Below, piece after piece: positions 49,136 to 60,563 of a DNA stretch of 64,000 nucleotides. The notes under the pieces were generated by a model. That model made no database searches and was not told the origin of the DNA. It worked only from the letters and a program-made list of their open reading frames with translations. How positions within the stretch are numbered: position 1 is the first letter of the stretch; each line of letters begins with the position of its first letter. Origin of the DNA: an uncultured delta proteobacterium. Lineage in GTDB: Bacteria > Myxococcota_A > Polyangia > Palsa-1104. The stretch lies in NCBI GenBank assembly GCA_963785725.1, contig CAWAWS010000039.1, positions 32,001 to 96,000 on the forward strand. The letters are read 5' to 3'. Made by a program: the position numbers and the translations under genes.

Positions 49136-49909
49136 GTGGCGGGCCCCCTCGCGGCGGGGGAGCGGGTGCTCCTCATCGACCCCAAGGACCGCCGCTACCT
49201 GCTCACGCTCGTGACCGGCGCCACCTTCCACACCCATGCGGGCGTCCTGGCCCACGACGACATCATCGGCTCCCCCGAAGGCTGCCGTGTGACCGGCTCG
49301 ACCGGGCGCAGCTTCCTGGTGCTGCGTCCCACCCTGAGCGACATCGTGCTCAAGATGCCCCGGGGGGCCCAGGTCATCTACCCGAAGGACCTCGGCGCCA
49401 TCCTCATCGCGGCCGACATCGCGCCGGGCCAGCGCATCCTCGAGGCGGGCGTCGGCTCGGGCGCCCTCTCCATGACCGTCCTGCGGGCGGGCGCCTCCGT
49501 CGTCGGCTACGAGCTGCGGGAGGACTTCGCCGAGCGGGCCCAGGCCAACGTGGCGGCCACGCTGGGCCCCGACGCGCCCTACCGGATCGAGATCCGCGAC
49601 GTGACCGAGGGCATCGACGAGACGGACCTCGACCGGATCCTGCTGGACATGCCCGAGCCCCACAAGGTGATCCCCGGGGCGTCGAAGGCCCTCCGCCCCG
49701 GTGGCATCCTGCTGGCCTACCTGCCGACCATCAACCAGACCGCGCTGCTGCGCCAGGCGCTCGACGAGGAGGACGTGCCCTTCGGGCTGGCCGAGACGCA
49801 GGAGGTCATGCGGCGCACCTGGCACGTCGAGGCCCGCTCGGTCCGCCCGGACCACCGCATGGTCGGGCACACCGGATTCCTCACCACGGCGCGCCGCCTC
49901 GAGGGCTGA
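49136..49909 (+). CDS. trmI: tRNA (adenine58-N1)-methyltransferase
   Basis: MPRGAQVIYPKD, LEAGVGSGAL, LDMPEP, VRPDHRMVGHTGFL; usual neighbour of arc. Confidence 0.93.
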   Translation: MAGPLAAGERVLLIDPKDRRYLLTLVTGATFHTHAGVLAHDDIIGSPEGCRVTGSTGRSFLVLRPTLSDIVLKMPRGAQVIYPKDLGAILIAADIAPGQRILEAGVGSGALSMTVLRAGASVVGYELREDFAERAQANVAATLGPDAPYRIEIRDVTEGIDETDLDRILLDMPEPHKVIPGASKALRPGGILLAYLPTINQTALLRQALDEEDVPFGLAETQEVMRRTWHVEARSVRPDHRMVGHTGFLTTARRLEG

Positions 49910-49913
49910 ATCG

Positions 49914-50255
49914 GTGGACGAGGACCTCGCCGCCTACATCGACGCCATTCCGGCAGAGCAGCGACCGCTGTTCGACCGGCTCCACACCATCGTCCTCGGC
50001 GAGCACCCCGACGCGGCGGTGGCGCTCTCCTACGGGATGGCCGGCTACCGGGTCGGACGGCGACGCCTCAACCTCGGCGTGTGGAAGCACGGCGTGTCCG
50101 TCTACGGCTGGCGAAACGACAGGGACGGTGGGTTCGTCACGCGCCACCCGCGGCTCTCGAGCGGGAAGGGGACGATCCGCATCAGCCCTCGCGATGCCGA
50201 GGAGATCTCCGACGAGGAGCTGCGGGCGCTGCTGGGCGGGGCGCTGGACCCCTGA
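49914..50255 (+). CDS. DUF1801 (YdhG-like) protein
   Basis: YIDAIP, LSYGM, WKHGVSVY, GKGTIR. Confidence 0.75.
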   Translation: MDEDLAAYIDAIPAEQRPLFDRLHTIVLGEHPDAAVALSYGMAGYRVGRRRLNLGVWKHGVSVYGWRNDRDGGFVTRHPRLSSGKGTIRISPRDAEEISDEELRALLGGALDP

Positions 50256-50264
50256 CGCAGAGGG

Positions 50265-50501
50265 TCAGTCCCGCTCGATGAAGATGCACTCTCCGGGGCA
50301 CTCCTCGGAGGCTTCGACCACGGCGTCCTCGAGATCGGCGGGCACCGCCGCCATCCCGGCCGAGCCACCGGGCTCGTTCTTGACGTCGCCTTCTTCCTTC
50401 ACATAGGCCAGGCCGTCGTCGAGGAGGGTGAAGACGGCAGGCGCGATCTCCTCGCAGAGCCCGTCGCCCGTGCAGAGATCCTGGTCGATCCAGACCTTCA
50501 T
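50265..50501 (-). CDS. Ferredoxin (single cluster)
   Basis: CTGDGLC...ECPGEC motif. Confidence 0.92.
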   Translation of the reverse strand: MKVWIDQDLCTGDGLCEEIAPAVFTLLDDGLAYVKEEGDVKNEPGGSAGMAAVPADLEDAVVEASEECPGECIFIERD

Positions 50502-50684
50502 GTACCTGTCTCTCTCCCTTGTCGCAGCCGCCCGACGGCCCCGGGGACCGTAGTGAGGCGTCCCGCGACACGTCAATCTGGCCTCGCGGTTCCTCCCAGC
50601 GTACTCGTCCGGGCCTGCTGACCCGGTGCAGCGGCGGTGTAGGTGCGTTGCCGCCAAAGCGCGTGGGGTCCAGGGCTAGGGTGA

Positions 50685-52439
50685 TTGGCGGTGACTGAAA
50701 CTCCTGACGAAGCGGCTGCCCAGGCTGAGGCGCTACGCGCCGAGCTGGCAGATGCCGAGGACGAGATTCACGCGCTCCGCCGCCGGTTGCAGGAAAGCCC
50801 CGGCCGGGTGCAGGCCCTGGAGGAGCGCCTCCTCGAGTCCAAGGGGCAGCTGGCGCAGGCCACCTCGCAGAACGAGAAGCTGACCTTCACCCTCCAGCAG
50901 GCCAAGGAGCAGCTGGCCGCCCTGCGCGAAGAGGTCGAGAAGCTCACACAGCCTCCGGCGGCCTACGGCACCTTCCTCGGCATCAACGAGGACGGCACGG
51001 TCGACGTGTTCTCGAGCGGTCGCAAAATGCGGGTCAGCCTCCACCCCGACATCGACCCCGGAGCGATCCGCAAGGGCAACGAGGTCGTCCTGAACGAGAG
51101 CCTCAACGTGGTGCTCGTCCGCGACGGGGAGTTCTCCGGCGAGGTGGTGACACTGAAGGAGCAGCTCGAGGACAAGCGGCGCTGCGTGATCTTCGCCCGG
51201 GCCGACGAGGAGCGGGTGGCCGAGCTCTCCGAGGACATGCTGGGCGTGAAGCTGCGCGCCGGCGACTCCCTCCTGATGGACGTGCGCACCCAGCTCCTCA
51301 TTGAGAAGCTGCCCAAGCTCGAGAGCGAGGAGCTCGTCCTCGAAGAGGTGCCCGACATCACCTACGCGGACGTGGGAGGTCTGGACTCCCAGATCGAGGC
51401 CATCACCGACGCCGTCGAACTGCCGTACATGCACCGCGACCTCTTCGTGGAGTACTCGCTCCCGGCCCCGAAGGGCATCCTCCTCTACGGCCCGCCCGGC
51501 TGCGGGAAGACGCTGATCGCCAAGGCCGTGGCCAACTCCCTGGCCAAGAAGGTGGCGCTGAAGACCGGCAACGACAACGTGCGGAGCTTCTTCCTCAACA
51601 TCAAGGGTCCGGAGCTGCTCAACAAGTACGTGGGGGAGACGGAGCGCCAGATCCGCCAGGTCTTCCAGCGTGCCCGTGAGAAGGCGGACGAGGGCATGCC
51701 CGTCATCGTCTTCTTCGACGAGATGGAGTCGCTCTTCCGCACGCGGGGAACCGGCATCAGCTCCGACATGGAGTCGACCATCGTGCCCCAGCTGCTGGCC
51801 GAGATCGACGGGGTCGAATCGCTGCGTGACGTCATCGTCATCGGCGCGTCCAACCGGGAGGACCTGATCGACCCGGCCATCCTGCGGCCCGGCCGGCTCG
51901 ACGTGAAGATCAAGATCGAGCGGCCCAACGAGGAGGCCGCCGGCCAGATCTTCAGCCGCTACCTCACCCCGGCCCTGCCGCTCGACGCCGAGGAGGTCAA
52001 GCGCCTGGGCGGCGGCGACCCGTCCAAGGCGGTCCAGGCCATGATCGAGCGGACGGTGGCCGAGATGTACCGGGAGGACGACGACAACCGCTTCCTCGAG
52101 GTCACCTACCAGAACGGCGACAAGGAGATCCTCTACTACCGCGACTTCGCGTCGGGCGCCATGATCGAGAACATCGTGCGCAGAGCCAAGAAGCTGGCCA
52201 TCAAGCGGGTCATCGCCGGGGAGTCCGGCGGCATCCGGACCTCGGACATGCTCGAATCGATCCGCCAGGAGTACAAGGAGAACGAGGACCTGCCCAACAC
52301 CACCAACCCCGACGACTGGGCGCGTATCTCGGGCAAGAAGGGTGAGCGGATCGTCTATGTCCGGACGCTGCTCACCGAGGACCGTGAGGTGCACGGAGGC
52401 CGCTCGATCGAGCGGGTCGGTACCGGTCAGTACCTCTAG
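50685..52439 (+). CDS. arc: Proteasome-associated AAA ATPase ARC/Mpa
   Basis: N-terminal coiled coil, [30 protein letters not shown]-terminal GQYL. Confidence 0.97.
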   Translation: MAVTETPDEAAAQAEALRAELADAEDEIHALRRRLQESPGRVQALEERLLESKGQLAQATSQNEKLTFTLQQAKEQLAALREEVEKLTQPPAAYGTFLGINEDGTVDVFSSGRKMRVSLHPDIDPGAIRKGNEVVLNESLNVVLVRDGEFSGEVVTLKEQLEDKRRCVIFARADEERVAELSEDMLGVKLRAGDSLLMDVRTQLLIEKLPKLESEELVLEEVPDITYADVGGLDSQIEAITDAVELPYMHRDLFVEYSLPAPKGILLYGPPGCGKTLIAKAVANSLAKKVALKTGNDNVRSFFLNIKGPELLNKYVGETERQIRQVFQRAREKADEGMPVIVFFDEMESLFRTRGTGISSDMESTIVPQLLAEIDGVESLRDVIVIGASNREDLIDPAILRPGRLDVKIKIERPNEEAAGQIFSRYLTPALPLDAEEVKRLGGGDPSKAVQAMIERTVAEMYREDDDNRFLEVTYQNGDKEILYYRDFASGAMIENIVRRAKKLAIKRVIAGESGGIRTSDMLESIRQEYKENEDLPNTTNPDDWARISGKKGERIVYVRTLLTEDREVHGGRSIERVGTGQYL

Positions 52440-52455
52440 AAGTTAGGGTCGCACC

Positions 52456-53948
52456 GTGGCCATCACGAAGGTCTGCGGCATTGAGACCGAGTACGGCATC
52501 CATTCGCCCGGTCCGGAGCAGAACCCCATTGCCGCATCGTCGGTGCTCGTCAACGCCTACGCGGCCGACGTGGAGCAGCAGATCGGCTGGGACTTCGAGG
52601 ACGAGACCCCGGGAAACGACGCCCGTGGCTTCGCCCGGGAAGGTTCCCTCGCCCCGATGGTGGAGACGCACCTGGCCAACACGGTGCTCACCAACGGCGC
52701 CCGCTTCTACGTGGACCACGCCCACCCCGAATACTCGAGCCCCGAGTGCCTGACGCCGCTGGAGTGCCTGATCTACGACAAGGCCGGCGAGGAGGTGCTG
52801 CGCCGGTCCATGGTGGCGGCGGCGCTGCGCATCCCCGACCAGCCTGCACCGATCGTCTACAAGAACAACTCCGACGGCAAGGGCAACTCGTACGGCTGCC
52901 ACGAGAACTACATGATGGACAGAGCCGTCCCGTTCGCCAAGGTGATCGACGGCGTCGTCCCGCACTTCGTGTCGCGGACGCTCTTCACCGGCTCGGGCAA
53001 GGTCGGCACGGAGACGCCCGCGCTCGATGCGGACACCGTGCAGTACCAGCTCTCCCAGCGCGCCGAGTTCTTCGAGGAGATCGTGGGACTGGAGACCACG
53101 CTGAAGCGACCGATCGTCAACACGCGCGACGAGCCCCACGCCGACCCCAAGCGCTTCCGTCGCCTCCACGTGATCGTCGGCGACGCCAATCTCTCGGAGA
53201 TCGCCACGTTCCTCAAAGTCGGCAGCACCGCCATTGTGCTGGCCATGGTCGAGGACGATGCCGGCCCGACCCGTGACCTCTCGCTCTCCGACCCCGTCGC
53301 CGCGCTCCACCAGGTGTCGGCCGACCTCACGTTGACGCGCCCCTCTCGCTGACGGACGGGTCGACCGCCACCGCCCTCGAAATGCAGTGGGAGATCTTCG
53401 GCGCGGCCCGGAAGTACGCCGAGGAGTTCGGCCTGACCGCCCTGGGCGACGACGGGGAGGTCGGGGCGCTGGTGATGGAGCACTGGGAGGCCGTCCTGTC
53501 CGGCCTGGAATCGGACCCGGCCACCCTGGCCGACACCCTGGACTGGGTGGCCAAGCGCGAGCTCCTGCTGGCCTACCAGGACCGGCACACCTGTGGATGG
53601 AAGGACCCCCGGATCGCTGCACTGGCGTTGCAGTATCACGACCTGCGGCCGGACAAGTCGGTGTTCCGGCGCCTGGACATGCGCACGCTCGTCACGCCGG
53701 CACAGGTCGCCCATGCGGTCAGCGAGCCCCCGACCGGGACGCGGGCCTGGTTCCGGGGCAAGTGCCTGGCCCGCTGGCCGGACGCGGTCGTCACCGCCAA
53801 CTGGGATTCCCTCGTCTTCGACGTCGGCGCAGACCCGTTGCGGCGCGTCCCTATGATGGATCCCCTCAAGGGAACAGCCGAGCACACGGGCGCCCTCCTG
53901 GCACAGAGCACAGGACCGGCCGATCTGCTCACCAGGCTCAACTCATAG
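52456..53948 (+). CDS. dop: Pup deamidase/depupylase (frameshift ~53345)
   Basis: [49 protein letters not shown]. Confidence 0.95.
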
Positions 53949-53987
53949 GCGAAGAACGCACGCATCACAGGACGGGGACACGCAACG

Positions 53988-54194
53988 ATGGCAGAACAGG
54001 AACAGAAGAAGAAGGGCTCGGGTGCGCGGACCACCGAGACCGAGACAGAAGTCGAAGAGGCCTCACCCGCCAGCTCCGAGCGGGGCGAGAAGATCAAGGC
54101 CGAGCTGGACGACCTGCTCGACGAGATCGACGAGGTGCTCGAGGACAACGCCGAGGAGTTCGTCCGCAACTACGTGCAAAAGGGTGGGCAGTAA
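53988..54194 (+). CDS. pup: Prokaryotic ubiquitin-like protein Pup
   Basis: DDLLDEIDEVLEDNAEEFVRNYVQKGGQ. Confidence 0.98.
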   Translation: MAEQEQKKKGSGARTTETETEVEEASPASSERGEKIKAELDDLLDEIDEVLEDNAEEFVRNYVQKGGQ

Positions 54195-54200
54195 CCCCCG

Positions 54201-55001
54201 GTGGCGCTTCCCCTGTTTCCCCCGGAGCGTGATCCGGGCCCGGACTTTGTCGGCCTCCTGCGCATGACGTCGGGCCAGGCCGACACGCCGCGCCCGCTCG
54301 ACTCGTTGACGCCGGTCCAGGCGCCGCACGGCACCACCGTGGTGGCGCTGCGCTACCTCGACGGTGTGGTGATGGCCGGAGACCGGCGCGCCACGGCAGG
54401 CAACATCATCGCCCACCACGCCATGCAGAAGGTCTTCCCGGCCGACCGCTTCTCGGCGGTGGCCATCGCGGGAACGGCCGGCATGGCCATCGAAATGGTC
54501 CGCCTCTTCCAGGTGCAGCTCGAGCACTACGAGAAGGTCGAGGGCGCCACCCTCTCGCTCGAGGGCAAGGCCAACCAGCTGGCCCAGATGGTGCGCCAGC
54601 ACCTGCCCCTGGCCATGCAGGGCCTCGCCGTCGTCCCGCTCTTCGCCGGCTTCGACACCGCACGCGACCTGGGCCGCATCTTCAACTACGACGTGACGGG
54701 CGGCCACTACGAGGACACCGACTTCCAGGCCACGGGCTCGGGCGGACGCGACGCGCGCAGCACCATCAAGCTGGGCTGGCGCGAGGGCCTGGGGCGCGAC
54801 GAGGCGGTCGACCTGGCCATCCAGTCCCTCTACGACGCAGCCGACGAGGACTCCGCCACCGGCGGTCCCGACCTGGTGCGCGGCATCTACCCGATCATCG
54901 CCGTGGTGGACGCCGCCGGGTATCGCGAAGTGCCCGAGGACGAGGTGGCCGAGCGCTTCGGCGCACTGATCGCCCGCAAGCAAGCGGAGCGTGCGTCATG
55001 A
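54201..55001 (+). CDS. prcB: 20S proteasome beta subunit
   Basis: Propeptide then [25 protein letters not shown]. Confidence 0.97.
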   Translation: MALPLFPPERDPGPDFVGLLRMTSGQADTPRPLDSLTPVQAPHGTTVVALRYLDGVVMAGDRRATAGNIIAHHAMQKVFPADRFSAVAIAGTAGMAIEMVRLFQVQLEHYEKVEGATLSLEGKANQLAQMVRQHLPLAMQGLAVVPLFAGFDTARDLGRIFNYDVTGGHYEDTDFQATGSGGRDARSTIKLGWREGLGRDEAVDLAIQSLYDAADEDSATGGPDLVRGIYPIIAVVDAAGYREVPEDEVAERFGALIARKQAERAS

Positions 55002-55669
55002 GCATGCCGTACTACGTGGCACCCGAGCAGGTCATGAAGGACCGGGCCGAATACGCCCAGAAGGGCATCGCCCGTGGCCGCTCCCTCGTCGCCACGACAT
55101 ACGACGTGGGCATCGCCATCGTCGCCGAGAACCCGTCGCGCTCGTTGCACAAGATCAGCGAGATCTACGACCGGATCGCCTTCGGTGGCGTCGGCAAGTA
55201 CAACGAGTACGACCAGCTCCGCGTGGCCGGTGTTCGCCATGCTGACACGAAGGGGTACGCGTACAGTCGCGAGGACGTCGACGCCCGTTCACTTGCCAAC
55301 CTCTACGCGCAGTATCTCGGCAATGTCTTCACGCACGAGATGAAGCCCCTCGAAGTGGAGATCCTCGTGGCCGAGCTGGGCGAGGACGAGAATCAGCTCT
55401 ACCACATCGCCTACGAGGGCACGATCACCGACGAGGACCGTTTTGCCGTGCTGGGCGGCGACGCCGAGACCATCACCGAGCGCGTCGGTGCAGCGTGGCA
55501 GGCCGAGTGGGACCTCGCGGCCGCTGTCAAGGCCGCCACGACCGCGCTGGCGGGCCCGGACCGGACCCTGGCGGCCGGGGACCTCGAAGTGGCCATTCTG
55601 AGCCGGGGCAACGGGCGCCGCACCTTCCGGCGGATCGACGAAGAGGAGCTGGCACAACTGCTGGCATAG
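54998..55669 (+). CDS. prcA: 20S proteasome alpha subunit
   Basis: [36 protein letters not shown]. Confidence 0.97.
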   Translation: MSMPYYVAPEQVMKDRAEYAQKGIARGRSLVATTYDVGIAIVAENPSRSLHKISEIYDRIAFGGVGKYNEYDQLRVAGVRHADTKGYAYSREDVDARSLANLYAQYLGNVFTHEMKPLEVEILVAELGEDENQLYHIAYEGTITDEDRFAVLGGDAETITERVGAAWQAEWDLAAAVKAATTALAGPDRTLAAGDLEVAILSRGNGRRTFRRIDEEELAQLLA

Positions 55670-55689
55670 GCAGCTGTACGGTTGGCCTG

Positions 55690-57048
55690 GTGGAACGCCG
55701 CATCTTCGGCATCGAGAACGAATACGGGGTGACCTTCACGCTGCGCGGGCAGCGTCGCCTCAGCCCCGACGAAGTGGCGCGCTACCTCTTCCGCCGCGTG
55801 GTCTCGTGGGGGCGCTCGTCGAACGTGTTCCTGGAGAACGGCGCCCGCCTCTACCTCGATGTCGGCAGCCACCCCGAGTACGCCACACCCGAGTGCGACA
55901 AGATCAGCGACGTCGTCGTGCACGACAAGGCGGGGGAGTGGATCCTCGCCCAGCTGGTGACCGGGGCGCAGGCGCGCCTGCGCGAGGAGGGGATCCGAGG
56001 CGAGGTCTACCTCTTCAAGAACAACACGGACTCCGTGGGCAACTCCTACGGCTGCCACGAGAACTACCTGACCGAACGAAACGACGAGTTCAACCGTTAC
56101 ACGGAGGTGCTCATCCCGTTCCTGGTCTCGCGCCAGATCTACGCCGGTGCGGGGAAGGTCCTGCAGACGGCGCGGGGCGCCGTCTTCTGCCTGAGCCAGC
56201 GCGCCGAGCACATCTGGGAGGGCGTCTCCTCGGCCACCACCCGCAGCCGGCCCATCATCAACACACGGGACGAGCCGCACGCAGACGCCGAGCGGTTCCG
56301 TCGCCTGCACGTGATCGTCGGCGACTCCAACATGAGCGAGTACGCGACCTTCCTGAAGATCGGGACCACCTCCATCCTCTTGGCCATGCTGGAGGACTCC
56401 TCGACGGTGCTGCGGGACCTGACCCTGGAGAACCCCATCCGGGCCATCCGGGAAATCAGCCACGACATCACCTGCCAGCGCCGCGTGCGCCTGGCCAACG
56501 GCCGTGAGATGCGCGCACTGGACATTCAGACCGAGTACCTCGAACGCGCGTTGAAGTTCCGGGACAGGCGCGGACTCTCGCCCGAAGAGGACCGTGCGCT
56601 CGACATGTGGGAGCACTGCCTCAAGGGCCTGGAGGCGGACCCGACATCCCTGTGGCGAGAATGCGACTGGGTGGCCAAGCACCGCCTGGTCGAGCAGATG
56701 CGGGCACGCCACGACGTGTCCCTCTCGCACCCGAAGGTGGCGATGATCGATCTGATGTACCACGATGTGGACCGGAGCCGCGGGTTGTTCTACAAGTTGC
56801 AGCAGCGCGACGAAATGGAGCGGACGTGCACGGACGACGCCATCACCGAGGCGATGACCAAGCCTCCCGAGACGACCCGGGCCAGGCTGCGGGGCGCGTT
56901 CGTGAAGCGGGCCAAGGAGCGCCGGCGGGACTTCACGGTCGACTGGGTCCACCTCAAGCTGAACGACCAGGCTCAACGCACAGTGCTCCTGAAAGACCCG
57001 TTCAAGTCACACGACGAACGGGTGGAGCGGCTCATCCAGTCCTTGTAA
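55690..57048 (+). CDS. pafA: Pup-protein ligase
   Basis: [54 protein letters not shown]. Confidence 0.97.
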   Translation: MERRIFGIENEYGVTFTLRGQRRLSPDEVARYLFRRVVSWGRSSNVFLENGARLYLDVGSHPEYATPECDKISDVVVHDKAGEWILAQLVTGAQARLREEGIRGEVYLFKNNTDSVGNSYGCHENYLTERNDEFNRYTEVLIPFLVSRQIYAGAGKVLQTARGAVFCLSQRAEHIWEGVSSATTRSRPIINTRDEPHADAERFRRLHVIVGDSNMSEYATFLKIGTTSILLAMLEDSSTVLRDLTLENPIRAIREISHDITCQRRVRLANGREMRALDIQTEYLERALKFRDRRGLSPEEDRALDMWEHCLKGLEADPTSLWRECDWVAKHRLVEQMRARHDVSLSHPKVAMIDLMYHDVDRSRGLFYKLQQRDEMERTCTDDAITEAMTKPPETTRARLRGAFVKRAKERRRDFTVDWVHLKLNDQAQRTVLLKDPFKSHDERVERLIQSL

Positions 57049-57070
57049 CTGCACCGTAGAGTGAAGGCAC

Positions 57071-57580
57071 ATGTTGAATCTCGACCCAGGCAAGCTGCTC
57101 GTGATCGGCGTGGTCGCCATCATCCTCCTGGGCCCTGATCGCCTGCCCCAGGTGGCCCGCCAAGTCGGGGGCGCCTGGCGCTCCTTCAACGAATTCCGGC
57201 ACCGCATGGAGTCCGAGGTGCGCAACACCATGCCCGATCTGCCCCCGACCTCGGAGATCGCCCGCCTGGCCCGCTCGCCGTCGGCGCTGCTCAACCACCT
57301 CTCCAACATGTCCACCGACGAGGCGCCGGACGGCTCGTTTCAACCACCGACTCCGGTGTCCGAGAACGGCACGGCCGCGGCCGCCGCGGCTGTCGCCGAT
57401 GCAGCCCCTCCGCTCGACCCCGCCTGATGCGGGAGCGGACGCGCAGGCCGACCCAGCAGCGCAACCGCGCCACCCGAGCCGGCGCCGGCGCCGGAGCCGG
57501 CGCCGAACCACGTCGAACGCCCGCAGCGGGCCCCCCAGCCGTCCGGCGTGGTCGTTCCCGGCGACCCGACCCTGAACTGA
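57071..57580 (+). CDS. tatB: Tat translocase TatB/TatA-family subunit (probable frameshift; ORF-track frame stops at 57427)
   Basis: TM helix then LGPDRLPQVARQVG; Pro/Ala tail continues in another frame to PGDPTLN* at 57580. Confidence 0.75.
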
Positions 57581-57591
57581 ACGGCACAACC

Positions 57592-58393
57592 GTGGTCACG
57601 CTTCCCTTCACGGGCAAACGGAAGAGCCGTCCGTCCCCGGACAACATGACGCTGGGGGAGCACCTCGGCGAGCTGCGGCGGCGCGTGATCATCTGCGCCG
57701 TCGCCTTCGTGGTCGGGGCCACGATCGCCGTCTTCGCCTACCAGCCCATCCTGAACTTCCTGCTGCATCCGCTCTGCAGCGTGGACGCCTCGACGCGCGC
57801 ACCACACGGTGAAGGGGTCGCTCTCGGTGGCGACGAACGGGAGCTGCAGCCTGTTCGTGACCTCGCCCCTCGACGGGTTGTCCCTGCGCGTGAAGATCGC
57901 CCTCTTCGGTGGTCTCGTCCTGGCGTCGCCGGTCATCCTGTTCCAGATCTGGCGCTTCGTGACCCCCGGCCTCAAGGCGACCGAGCGGCGCTACGCCATC
58001 CCGTTCGTGCTGAGTGCCTTCCTGCTCTTCCTCCTCGGCGCTGCGACCGCGTACATCACCCTCCCGCATGCACTGGGCTGGCTGAAGTCCGTGGGCGGCC
58101 CGAACCTGCAGACGATCTACGACCCGATCCCGTATCTCGGCCTGATCATCTTGATGATGACGATCTTCGGCTTGACCTTCGAGTTCCCGGTCGTCCTCGT
58201 CTCGCTCGAGCTGGCACGCGTCGTGACGCCGGCGCGCCTGCTCCGCTCCTGGCGCTGGGCGGTCATCATCATTGTGGTGGTCGCCGCCGTCTTCACCCCG
58301 AGCTCGGACCCGTTCTCCATGTTCGCGCTCGCCCTCCCGCTCGTCGTCTTCTACTTCCTCTCCATCGGCATCGGGAAGCTGCTCGGGCGTTGA
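57592..58393 (+). CDS. tatC: Tat translocase TatC (frameshift ~57800)
   Basis: MTLGEHLGELRRR, QIWRFVTPGL, FEFP, TPSSDPFSM. Confidence 0.95.
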
Positions 58394-60516
58394 CCGCTTT
58401 CCCATGGCCCGTCCCGGAGACGGCCGGGGCGGCGGAATTCGAGGCCGACCTGCCCTTCGCCCTCGACGAATTTCAGCACGAGGCGTTCCAGGCATTGGAC
58501 TCCGGGCACTCGGTGCTGGTGTCGGCCCCCACTGGTTCCGGCAAGACGCTCGTGGCGGCCTATGCCGTCCACCGGGCACTGTCGGCCCAAGGAAAGGCCT
58601 TCTACACCACGCCCCTCAAGGCACTCTCGAATCAGAAGTACTGGGAGCTCGTCGCGTCCTACGGGGAGGAGCATGTCGGCCTGCTCACCGGCGATACGAC
58701 CTTGCGCCCGAGAGCGCCGGTCGTCGTCATGACCACCGAGGTGCTGCGCAACATGTTGCTGGCGGGTTCCGATCTCCTCGAGGGCCTGCATACGGTGGTG
58801 CTCGACGAGGTCCACTTCATTCAGGACCCCTACCGGGGCGGGGTCTGGGAGGAGGTCCTCGTGCTGTGCCCGGCCGAGGTCCGCTTCGTCTGCCTGTCCG
58901 CCACCGTCAACAACGCCGACGAGCTCGGCGGCTGGTTGCGCTCGGTGCGCGGGGACACGTCAGTGATTGTGGAGCGGCAACGCCCCATTGTGCTCCGGCA
59001 CCATTTCGCCGTCTATCGACGGGAAGACGAAGAGACGCTGCTCTGCCCGCTCCTGCACGACAACGGGCAGCCAGGCGGCGAGGGCCTCCGCATCGACCAG
59101 GCGGTACGGAGGGCGTTGCAGGGAGGCCGGTCGGCTCACTGGCAGGGGAGGGGCAGAGGACCGCGCCTACCCTTCCGCGCGCCGCGGCGCACCGAGATGG
59201 TCGAGGAGCTCGGCCGGCGCGAGATGCTGCCGGCCATCGTCTTCATCTTCAGCCGCGCCGCCTGCGACGACGCGGTGCAACAGGTCGTACGCGACGGCGT
59301 CCGCCTCACCGACTCCACCGAGCGCGCCGCCATCCGTCAGGTGGTCGAGCGGCGGGTGGAGCCACTCGACGACGACGACCTCCAGGTGCTGGGCTACGAC
59401 GAGTGGCTCGAGGGTCTGGAGCGCGGCGTGGCCGCGCACCACGCGGGCCTGGTCCCGGTCTTCCGCGAAACGGTGGAGGAGTGCTTCGCGGCGGGATTGC
59501 TCAAGCTCGTCTTCGCCACCGAGACGCTCTCGCTCGGCATCAACATGCCGGCCCGTTCGGTCGTCATCGAACGCTTCACCAAGTACGGCGGAGCCGGGCG
59601 GGCCACGCTGACCTCAGGGGAATACCTGCAGCTCACTGGGCGTGCCGGGCGCAGAGGACTCGACGAAGAGGGCCATGCCGTCGTCGCCTGGTCCAGCGAG
59701 ACCACGTTCGCGGAGGCCGCCCGGGTCGCATCGGCCCCTCCGCCCAACCTGCGGTCGGCGTTCCGGCCCACCTACAACCTCGCGGTCAACCTTGTCTCCC
59801 GCTTCGACCGGGAGACGGCCGGCGCCGTGCTGCAGCGCTCCTTCGCCCAGTGGCAGGCCCGCACACCCGATCTGCTCCTCCAGCAGCTGGAACACCGGGT
59901 CGCCGTGCTGGAGCGGATGGGGTACCTGGAGGACTGGAGCGTGACACCCTCGGGCCATGGGCTCTCCCGGATCTACCACGAAGCCGACCTCCTGATCGCC
60001 GAGGCACTCGGTGCCGACGTCCTGGCCGGGGCCGAGCCCGCCGTGCTCGCCGGCGTCCTCTCGGCCGTCGTCTTCGAGCCGCGCCGGGCCCGCCGGGTCC
60101 CGGGCCAACAGGGGCCCCGGCGGGAGAAGCAGCGCAAGCCGCTTCAGGACCGGCTCGGCGACAAGCGCCGCGCCGAATTGGCCTCGCGCTGCGATGCGCT
60201 CACCGTCCTGGCCGAACGCATCCGGATGATCGAGGAGACGCACCTCGTGCCCCGCACCCGCCAGCCGGCCCCCGGCCTGGCGACGGCGGTGGCATCGTGG
60301 GCCCGGGGGGCCTCCTTCTCGACCGCCCTCGGCGTGGCCGCACGCGACGTCGGGGAGCTGGCGCCGGGAGACTTCGTCCGGACCATGAAATCGGTGGCCG
60401 ACTTGGCCCAGCAGGTCTCCCACTCGGCGGTCGACACCGAGGTCGCGACCGCCGCCCGCGAGGCCGTGAACCAGGTCCTCAGGGGCGTCGTCGCCGGGGG
60501 CCTCCCGGGCGCCTGA
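58390..60516 (+). CDS. helY: Ski2-like DEAD/DEAH-box RNA helicase
   Basis: APTGSGKT, PLKALSNQK, DEVH, LSAT, HHAG, GRAGRRG, C-terminal GDFVR; downstream of tatC. Confidence 0.9.
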   Translation: MTAFPWPVPETAGAAEFEADLPFALDEFQHEAFQALDSGHSVLVSAPTGSGKTLVAAYAVHRALSAQGKAFYTTPLKALSNQKYWELVASYGEEHVGLLTGDTTLRPRAPVVVMTTEVLRNMLLAGSDLLEGLHTVVLDEVHFIQDPYRGGVWEEVLVLCPAEVRFVCLSATVNNADELGGWLRSVRGDTSVIVERQRPIVLRHHFAVYRREDEETLLCPLLHDNGQPGGEGLRIDQAVRRALQGGRSAHWQGRGRGPRLPFRAPRRTEMVEELGRREMLPAIVFIFSRAACDDAVQQVVRDGVRLTDSTERAAIRQVVERRVEPLDDDDLQVLGYDEWLEGLERGVAAHHAGLVPVFRETVEECFAAGLLKLVFATETLSLGINMPARSVVIERFTKYGGAGRATLTSGEYLQLTGRAGRRGLDEEGHAVVAWSSETTFAEAARVASAPPPNLRSAFRPTYNLAVNLVSRFDRETAGAVLQRSFAQWQARTPDLLLQQLEHRVAVLERMGYLEDWSVTPSGHGLSRIYHEADLLIAEALGADVLAGAEPAVLAGVLSAVVFEPRRARRVPGQQGPRREKQRKPLQDRLGDKRRAELASRCDALTVLAERIRMIEETHLVPRTRQPAPGLATAVASWARGASFSTALGVAARDVGELAPGDFVRTMKSVADLAQQVSHSAVDTEVATAAREAVNQVLRGVVAGGLPGA

Positions 60517-60563
60517 GCCCATCCGCCACCGTCGCGTCACCCTCGTTCTATGGTTACCCGGGC

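Noticed and set aside
48917..49909. TrmI with a novel N-terminal extension
   Set aside because: A TGA in an adjacent frame at 49128-49130 directly precedes a plausible trmI GTG; given the indel rate, two genes are more likely.
50733..56976. Long antisense ORFs opposite arc, prcB and pafA (and similar ones elsewhere)
   Set aside because: Shadow ORFs expected from high-GC codon bias; they overlap well-supported genes and show no recognisable motifs.
57427..60516. 1029-aa TatC-HelY fusion in the ORF track
   Set aside because: Artefact of the tatC frameshift near 57800; tatC ends at 58393 and helY starts near 58390.
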